DNA of 64,000 nucleotides from Escherichia coli (GTDB lineage Bacteria; Pseudomonadota; Gammaproteobacteria; Enterobacterales; Enterobacteriaceae): NCBI RefSeq assembly GCF_041886205.1, contig NZ_CP169029.1; one strand, 5' to 3'. Shown piece by piece: positions 56,903 to 64,000 of this stretch (position 1 is its first letter; each line of letters starts with the position of its first letter). The notes under the pieces were generated by a model. It saw only the letters and a program-made list of their open reading frames with translations, ran no database searches and was not told where the DNA came from. The position numbers and the translations under genes were made by a program.

Positions 56903-57592
56903 CTACTGGATCAGAAAATGACGGGCCAGTAGCGCACTGGTGAAATTCTTTTTCAAATAAAAGCCGCGCGGCAGTGTCAGAATCCGTTCGCCCCGGGCAC
57001 CAATGGCTTCGGTAAGCGCTTTCGCATTCGCTGCTTTCGGTCGTATCTGTAAATACTCCCCGTGACGAGCGGTAATCCGCTCAACCTGACCGAGAACAAT
57101 CATATCCATTAATTCTTCCCAGTCTTCGCGTAGCTGCCGGTCTTCCTCTTCATTCGGGCTCCACAGCAACGGTGATCCAACGCGACGCTGCGCCAGCGGG
57201 ATGCTGCGCTCGCCTTCAACCGGTATCCACAGTACGCGTTTGAGTTTGTGGCGCACGTGGCTGGTTTCCCAGGTCACCCCGCTATTGCCCGTTAACGGGG
57301 CAACACAAACGAATGTTGTTTCCAGCGGACGACCAAGACTATCCACAGGGATAGTTTTAAGTTCCACGCCCAGAGCAGCAAAATCTTGCTCAGGTTTACT
57401 CCCTGCGCTGGCACCTAGCCAGATCTCCAGTAACACGCCAATCCAGCCCTTATCGCGTTTTAAATTCTCTGGCGTAACCAGCCCGGCAAGTGCAGCCAGT
57501 TCTCCCAATGTATAACCAGAAAGTTGCTGTGCTTGCGCTAACAACTGTTCTTCAGTTTCGGGAGGAGAGAGCAGTGGGCGAGGTTGGGACAT
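56903..57592 (-). CDS. mutH: DNA mismatch repair endonuclease MutH
   Basis: 229 aa; position divergent from rppH. Confidence 0.9.
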
Positions 57593-57780
57593 GTCATGAT
57601 ACCTTGGTTAAAAAACAAACAGCAATTATGTGCCGAATATTCGCAGTGTAACTTTTTCCACATGCGTTGTTCAATTCTCTGATTTATATTGCTTTTTAGG
57701 TTGCCGGTAATCGAGTTGCGCAACACTGCAACGGGTTTTCCAAATCTGGTCACTGAAAATAAACAGGATCTTACACCATG

Positions 57781-58105
57781 TTATCCACAGAAAGCTGGGA
57801 TAACTGTGAAAAACCTCCACTACTGTTTCCATTTACAGCCTTGACGTGCGACGAAACTCTAGTTTTTAGTGGTTCAGTGCTTAACTTAGTGGCACATTCT
57901 GTGGATAAATACGGCATTGGTTGATCTTTCGCCAACCCGTAAATGAGAGGTGTGACCTGGGTCACGAATTACTCTTTTTCATTACTCAAATTACATGTAA
58001 TGCATTGACTAATAATGAATATTTTAAAATGTCTATATCGGGCTTATTCAGAATGCTCCGGGTTTTCCCGTAGTAATTCCGTAGTTCTTCACAACTCTAT
58101 CCACA
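57781..58105. promoter_or_regulatory. DARS2-like DnaA-reactivating region with three DnaA boxes in the mutH-rppH intergenic region
   Basis: ttatccaca at 57781-57789, tgtggataa at 57900-57908, ctatccaca at 58097-58105. Confidence 0.55.
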
Positions 58106-58276
58106 GAAAAGGTGAATAAAAACGGCTATCCACCCCTTCCTCTGTTTATAACTCTGCACATAACTGTGAGTTATTCAATTGTTATTAGTGTGTAATGCCC
58201 TGCAGAGAGTGGTTTACCGTCTTCCTGGAGTATGAAACAATCATTCGTATATAAAGCTTTATATTGAGGTAGTCCG

Positions 58277-58807
58277 GTGATTGATGACGATGGCTACCGC
58301 CCAAACGTAGGTATCGTGATTTGTAATCGCCAGGGGCAGGTAATGTGGGCCCGGCGATTTGGTCAGCACTCCTGGCAATTTCCGCAAGGCGGAATCAACC
58401 CCGGAGAATCCGCAGAGCAGGCGATGTACCGTGAATTGTTTGAAGAAGTAGGATTAAGCCGCAAAGACGTTCGAATCCTTGCTTCAACGCGTAACTGGTT
58501 GCGCTACAAATTACCGAAACGTTTGGTGCGTTGGGACACGAAGCCGGTTTGTATCGGCCAAAAACAAAAATGGTTTCTCTTGCAGCTGGTGAGCGGCGAT
58601 GCAGAAATCAATATGCAAACCAGCAGTACACCAGAGTTTGACGGCTGGCGATGGGTAAGTTACTGGTATCCGGTCAGACAGGTGGTGTCATTTAAACGTG
58701 ATGTCTACCGTAGGGTAATGAAAGAGTTCGCGAGTGTGGTGATGTCACTGCAGGAAAATACGCCAAAACCACAAAACGCATCTGCTTATCGACGTAAAAG
58801 AGGTTAA
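58277..58807 (+). CDS. rppH: RNA pyrophosphohydrolase (Nudix)
   Basis: Nudix box [22 protein letters not shown]. Confidence 0.9.
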
Positions 58808-58819
58808 GTCACGCCAATT

Positions 58820-61066
58820 ATGCTCACTCGCCTGCGCGAAATAGTCGAAAAGGTAGCCAGCGCACCACGCTTGAATGAGGCGTTAAATATTCTGGTTACC
58901 GACATCTGTCTTGCGATGGATACCGAGGTCTGTTCGGTCTACCTGGCCGATCATGATCGACGTTGTTACTACCTGATGGCGACCCGGGGGCTGAAAAAAC
59001 CACGCGGTCGCACTGTAACGCTCGCGTTTGATGAAGGGATCGTCGGCCTGGTTGGCAGGCTGGCGGAACCGATAAACCTCGCAGATGCGCAAAAACACCC
59101 CAGCTTCAAATACATCCCCTCCGTAAAAGAAGAACGTTTCCGCGCGTTTTTAGGCGTACCAATTATTCAACGTCGCCAGTTGCTTGGTGTACTGGTGGTA
59201 CAGCAACGAGAGTTGCGCCAGTATGACGAAAGTGAAGAATCCTTCCTGGTGACGCTTGCCACCCAGATGGCAGCTATTCTTTCTCAGTCGCAGTTGACTG
59301 CCCTGTTTGGGCAATATCGCCAGACGCGAATCCGCGCATTACCGGCAGCACCTGGTGTGGCGATTGCCGAAGGCTGGCAGGATGCCACGTTACCTTTAAT
59401 GGAACAGGTGTATCAGGCATCAACGCTGGATCCGGCTCTGGAACGCGAACGACTGACCGGGGCGCTGGAAGAAGCGGCAAACGAGTTTCGCCGCTACAGC
59501 AAACGCTTTGCCGCCGGAGCACAAAAAGAAACGGCGGCTATTTTCGATCTTTACTCGCACCTGCTTTCGGACACCCGGCTGCGTCGCGAATTGTTTGCCG
59601 AGGTTGATAAAGGCTCGGTGGCAGAGTGGGCGGTAAAAACGGTTATTGAAAAATTTGCCGAACAGTTTGCCGCGCTAAGCGATAACTATCTCAAAGAGCG
59701 GGCTGGCGATTTACGTGCGCTGGGTCAGCGATTGCTGTTTCATCTTGATGACGCTAATCAAGGGCCGAACGCCTGGCCGGAACGTTTCATTCTGGTGGCA
59801 GATGAACTGTCAGCGACAACTCTTGCTGAGCTGCCCCAGGATCGCTTAGTCGGTGTTGTCGTGCGAGATGGCGCAGCCAACTCCCATGCTGCGATCATGG
59901 TACGTGCGCTGGGGATCCCTACCGTGATGGGCGCGGATATTCAGCCTTCGGTGCTGCATCGTCGGACGCTGATCGTTGATGGCTATCGCGGTGAATTGCT
60001 GGTCGATCCGGAGCCGGTACTGCTGCAAGAATATCAGCGGCTAATTAGTGAAGAGATTGAGCTTAGCCGTCTGGCGGAAGATGACGTCAATTTACCCGCG
60101 CAGTTAAAAAGCGGTGAGCGTATAAAAGTCATGCTCAATGCTGGTTTAAGCCCGGAACATGAAGAAAAACTTGGCAGCCGTATTGATGGCATCGGTCTTT
60201 ATCGCACTGAAATCCCATTCATGCTGCAAAGTGGTTTCCCGTCGGAAGAAGAACAGGTGGCGCAGTATCAGGGGATGCTGCAAATGTTCAATGATAAACC
60301 CGTCACCTTGCGTACGCTGGATGTCGGAGCAGATAAGCAGCTGCCTTACATGCCGATTAGCGAAGAGAATCCATGCCTGGGTTGGCGTGGGATTCGCATT
60401 ACGCTCGATCAGCCGGAGATCTTCTTGATCCAGGTGCGGGCGATGCTGCGTGCTAATGCCGCTACGGGCAACCTGAATATTCTGTTGCCGATGGTCACCA
60501 GCCTCGATGAAGTTGACGAAGCACGCCGCCTGATTGAACGTGCCGGACGTGAAGTCGAGGAGATGATCGGTTACGAAATTCCCAAACCACGTATCGGTAT
60601 CATGCTGGAAGTGCCGTCAATGGTATTTATGCTGCCGCATCTGGCAAAGCGGGTCGATTTTATCTCTGTTGGCACCAACGATCTGACTCAGTACATCCTG
60701 GCCGTTGATCGCAACAATACCCGGGTGGCGAACATTTATGACAGTCTTCATCCTGCAATGTTACGAGCTCTGGCAATGATCGCCCGGGAAGCGGAAATAC
60801 ATGGTATCGATCTCCGTTTGTGCGGTGAAATGGCGGGCGATCCCATGTGCGTGGCAATCCTCATTGGGCTTGGATATCGCCATCTGTCTATGAACGGACG
60901 TTCTGTAGCGAGGGTAAAATACCTGCTGCGGCGCATTGATTTTGCCGAAGCAGAAAATCTTGCGCAGCGTAGTCTGGAAGCGCAACTGGCGACCGAAGTT
61001 CGCCATCAGGTTGCAGCCTTTATGGAGCGTCGCGGCATGGGCGGGCTGATTCGCGGAGGCTTATAG
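58820..61066 (+). CDS. ptsP: phosphoenolpyruvate-protein phosphotransferase PtsP (enzyme I-Ntr) with N-terminal GAF domain
   Basis: 748 aa; PEP-utilising enzyme motifs. Confidence 0.9.
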   Translation: MLTRLREIVEKVASAPRLNEALNILVTDICLAMDTEVCSVYLADHDRRCYYLMATRGLKKPRGRTVTLAFDEGIVGLVGRLAEPINLADAQKHPSFKYIPSVKEERFRAFLGVPIIQRRQLLGVLVVQQRELRQYDESEESFLVTLATQMAAILSQSQLTALFGQYRQTRIRALPAAPGVAIAEGWQDATLPLMEQVYQASTLDPALERERLTGALEEAANEFRRYSKRFAAGAQKETAAIFDLYSHLLSDTRLRRELFAEVDKGSVAEWAVKTVIEKFAEQFAALSDNYLKERAGDLRALGQRLLFHLDDANQGPNAWPERFILVADELSATTLAELPQDRLVGVVVRDGAANSHAAIMVRALGIPTVMGADIQPSVLHRRTLIVDGYRGELLVDPEPVLLQEYQRLISEEIELSRLAEDDVNLPAQLKSGERIKVMLNAGLSPEHEEKLGSRIDGIGLYRTEIPFMLQSGFPSEEEQVAQYQGMLQMFNDKPVTLRTLDVGADKQLPYMPISEENPCLGWRGIRITLDQPEIFLIQVRAMLRANAATGNLNILLPMVTSLDEVDEARRLIERAGREVEEMIGYEIPKPRIGIMLEVPSMVFMLPHLAKRVDFISVGTNDLTQYILAVDRNNTRVANIYDSLHPAMLRALAMIAREAEIHGIDLRLCGEMAGDPMCVAILIGLGYRHLSMNGRSVARVKYLLRRIDFAEAENLAQRSLEAQLATEVRHQVAAFMERRGMGGLIRGGL

Positions 61067-61216
61067 CGCGGATCATATACATATCTTTTAACGGTATCCG
61101 GCAACCAGCCAGGTCCCCTTGTGCTATTATTCGCACCTTTGGAGCGCCTGAAACCTGCGGCGCGCATTTCAATCGCTGTTCTCTTTCAGCGAAATAACAA
61201 GAACTTGTGGTGACAG

Positions 61217-62092
61217 ATGACCAGTAGCTATCTGCATTTTCCGGAGTTTGATCCGGTCATTTTCTCAATAGGACCCGTGGCGCTTCACTGGTACGGCCTG
61301 ATGTATCTGGTGGGTTTCATTTTTGCAATGTGGCTGGCAACACGTCGGGCGAATCGTCCGGGCAGCGGCTGGACCAAAAATGAAGTTGAAAACTTACTCT
61401 ATGCGGGTTTCCTCGGCGTCTTCCTCGGGGGACGTATTGGTTATGTTCTGTTCTACAATTTCCCGCAGTTTATGGCCGATCCGCTGTATCTGTTCCGTGT
61501 CTGGGACGGCGGCATGTCCTTCCACGGCGGCCTGATTGGCGTTATCGTGGTGATGATTATCTTCGCCCGCCGTACTAAACGTTCCTTCTTCCAGGTTTCT
61601 GATTTTATCGCACCACTCATTCCGTTTGGTCTTGGTGCCGGGCGTCTGGGCAACTTTATTAACGGTGAATTGTGGGGCCGCGTTGACCCGAACTTCCCGT
61701 TTGCCATGCTGTTCCCAGGCTCCCGTACAGAAGATATTTTGCTGCTGCAAACCAACCCGCAGTGGCAATCCATTTTCGACACTTACGGTGTGCTGCCGCG
61801 CCACCCATCACAGCTTTACGAACTGCTGCTGGAAGGTGTGGTGCTGTTTATTATCCTCAATCTGTATATTCGTAAACCGCGCCCAATGGGAGCTGTCTCA
61901 GGCTTGTTCCTGATTGGCTACGGCGCGTTTCGCATCATTGTTGAGTTTTTCCGCCAGCCCGACGCGCAGTTTACCGGTGCCTGGGTGCAGTACATCAGCA
62001 TGGGGCAAATTCTTTCCATCCCGATGATTGTCGCGGGTGTGATCATGATGGTCTGGGCATATCGTCGCAGCCCACAGCAACACGTTTCCTGA
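61217..62092 (+). CDS. lgt: phosphatidylglycerol:prolipoprotein diacylglyceryl transferase
   Basis: 291 aa; Lgt signature ([11 protein letters not shown]). Confidence 0.9.
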
Positions 62093-62098
62093 GGAACC

Positions 62099-62893
62099 AT
62101 GAAACAGTATTTAGAACTGATGCAAAAAGTGCTCGACGAAGGCACACAGAAAAACGACCGTACCGGAACCGGAACGCTTTCCATTTTTGGTCATCAGATG
62201 CGTTTTAACCTGCAGGATGGATTCCCGCTGGTGACAACTAAACGTTGCCACCTGCGTTCCATCATCCATGAACTGCTGTGGTTTCTGCAGGGCGACACTA
62301 ACATTGCTTATCTACACGAAAACAATGTCACCATCTGGGACGAATGGGCCGATGAAAACGGCGACCTCGGGCCAGTGTATGGTAAACAGTGGCGCGCCTG
62401 GCCAACGCCGGATGGTCGTCATATTGACCAGATCACTACGGTACTGAACCAGCTGAAAAACGACCCGGATTCGCGCCGCATTATTGTTTCAGCGTGGAAC
62501 GTAGGCGAACTGGATAAAATGGCGCTGGCACCGTGCCATGCGTTCTTCCAGTTCTATGTGGCAGACGGCAAACTCTCTTGCCAGCTTTATCAGCGCTCCT
62601 GTGACGTTTTCCTCGGCCTGCCGTTTAACATTGCCAGCTACGCGTTACTGGTGCATATGATGGCGCAGCAGTGTGATCTGGAAGTGGGCGATTTTGTCTG
62701 GACGGGGGGCGACACGCACCTGTACAGCAATCATATGGATCAAACTCATCTGCAATTAAGCCGCGAACCGCGTCCGCTGCCGAAGTTGATTATCAAACGT
62801 AAACCCGAATCCATCTTCGACTACCGTTTCGAAGATTTTGAGATTGAAGGCTACGATCCGCATCCGGGCATTAAAGCGCCGGTGGCTATCTAA
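62099..62893 (+). CDS. thyA: thymidylate synthase
   Basis: 264 aa; active-site region [12 protein letters not shown]. Confidence 0.95.
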
Positions 62894-62913
62894 TTACGAA
62901 ACATCCTGCCAGA

Positions 62914-62942
62914 GCCGACGCTAGTGTGCGTCGGTTTTTTTT
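62914..62942 (+). terminator. rho-independent terminator after thyA
   Basis: gccgacgctagtgtgcgtcgg hairpin followed by T8. Confidence 0.7.
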
Positions 62943-63077
62943 ACCCTCCATTAAATTCTTCGAGACGCCTTCCCGAAATTTTGCAACGTCCTGCAACGGC
63001 GTAAATAGTCCGGAAGATGCGCCGAAGAAATAGAAACTGGCCCTCGTCTTTTTTTCTCCTCGCTCCATACTGCCGGC

Positions 63078-63548
63078 ATGAAAACACAACGTGGTTATAC
63101 GCTGATTGAAACGCTGGTCGCGATGCTGATTCTGGTCATGCTAAGCGCAAGTGGACTCTATGGCTGGCAATACTGGCAGCAGTCGCAACGGCTTTGGCAA
63201 ACCGCCAGCCAGGCGCGGGACTATTTGCTCTATTTACGTGAAGATGCCAACTGGCATAACCGCGACCACAGTATCAGTGTTATCAGAGAGGGGACGTTAT
63301 GGTGCCTTGTGAGTTCCGTTGCTGGGGCGAATACCTGTCATGGCAGTTCACCATTGGTCTTTGTGCCACGCTGGCCCGAAGTCGAAATGAGCGACCTGAC
63401 ACCTTCGCTTGCTTTCTTTGGCCTGCGCAATACCGCATGGGCCGGGCATATTCGCTTCAAAAACTCAACGGGCGAGTGGTGGCTGGTGGTTTCGCCGTGG
63501 GGAAGACTCCGGCTTTGTCAGCAAGGAGAAACAGAAGGATGCCTGTAA
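63078..63548 (+). CDS. ppdA: prepilin peptidase-dependent protein A (type IV pilin-like)
   Basis: N-terminal prepilin motif [13 protein letters not shown]. Confidence 0.8.
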   Translation: MKTQRGYTLIETLVAMLILVMLSASGLYGWQYWQQSQRLWQTASQARDYLLYLREDANWHNRDHSISVIREGTLWCLVSSVAGANTCHGSSPLVFVPRWPEVEMSDLTPSLAFFGLRNTAWAGHIRFKNSTGEWWLVVSPWGRLRLCQQGETEGCL

Positions 63549-64000
63549 AAGAGCAAGGTTTTTCTCTGCTGGAAGTGTTGATTGCTATGGCGATCAGTAG
63601 CGTATTGTTGCTGGGAGCGGCACGCTTTCTGCCTGCGTTACAGCGTGAAAGTTTAACGGGCACCCGTAAGCTGGCGCTGGAAGATGAAATCTGGCTGCGG
63701 GTATTTACCGTCGCGAAGCATCTCCAGAGGGCGGGTTATTGTCATGGCAGCTGTACCGGCGAAGGGCTGGAAATTGTCGGACAGGGTGACTGTATCATTG
63801 TGCAGTGGGATGCGAACAGTAACGGTATCTGGGATCGCGAACCGGTAAAAGAGTCCGACCAGATTGGATTTCGTCTGAAGGAGCATGTGCTGGAAACGCT
63901 ACGCGGTGCGACATCCTGTGAAGGTAAGGGCTGGGATAAAGTCACTAATCCGGATGCCATCATTATCGACACTTTTCAGGTCGTACGTCAGGATGTCAGC
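63539..64000 (+). CDS. ppdB: prepilin peptidase-dependent protein B, 3' end beyond window
   Basis: N-terminal prepilin motif [11 protein letters not shown]; frame open to window end. Confidence 0.7.
   Translation, partial: MPVKEQGFSLLEVLIAMAISSVLLLGAARFLPALQRESLTGTRKLALEDEIWLRVFTVAKHLQRAGYCHGSCTGEGLEIVGQGDCIIVQWDANSNGIWDREPVKESDQIGFRLKEHVLETLRGATSCEGKGWDKVTNPDAIIIDTFQVVRQDVS

Noticed and set aside
57538-57965. Two small minus-strand ORFs (71 and 64 aa) in the mutH-rppH intergenic region
   Set aside because: They overlap the DnaA-box cluster and lack translation signals.

Overview
Escherichia coli chromosomal segment, in reverse orientation to the K-12 map: ygeV(partial)-xdhCBA-ygeR-tRNA-Gly(glyU)-[~13.2 kb integrative island]-ETT2 type III secretion remnant-yqeKJIHGF-kduID-araE-ygeA-lysRA-galR-omrB/omrA-aas-lplT-[extra gene]-tas-ygdRQ-mutH-DARS2-rppH-ptsP-lgt-thyA-ppdAB. 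All calls rest on reading the translations and sequence by eye; no searches were run. The most interesting part is an island inserted at the 3' end of glyU (6106-19268), bounded by a 30-bp direct repeat of the tRNA 3' end and carrying a tyrosine integrase. Its cargo looks like phage-defence plus replication genes: a TIR-domain protein with an unrecognised C-terminal domain, a small serine recombinase, a RecQ-family helicase with a novel N-terminal domain heading an operon of about ten overlapping small ORFs, a possible endonuclease VII-like protein and an AbiTii-like protein. The ETT2 cluster downstream is degenerate: the eiv genes are absent and epaO, epaS, eprH, orgA-like, orgB-like and ygeH each carry frameshifts. 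The core side holds well-known housekeeping genes, the OmrA/OmrB sRNAs and DARS2-like DnaA boxes.
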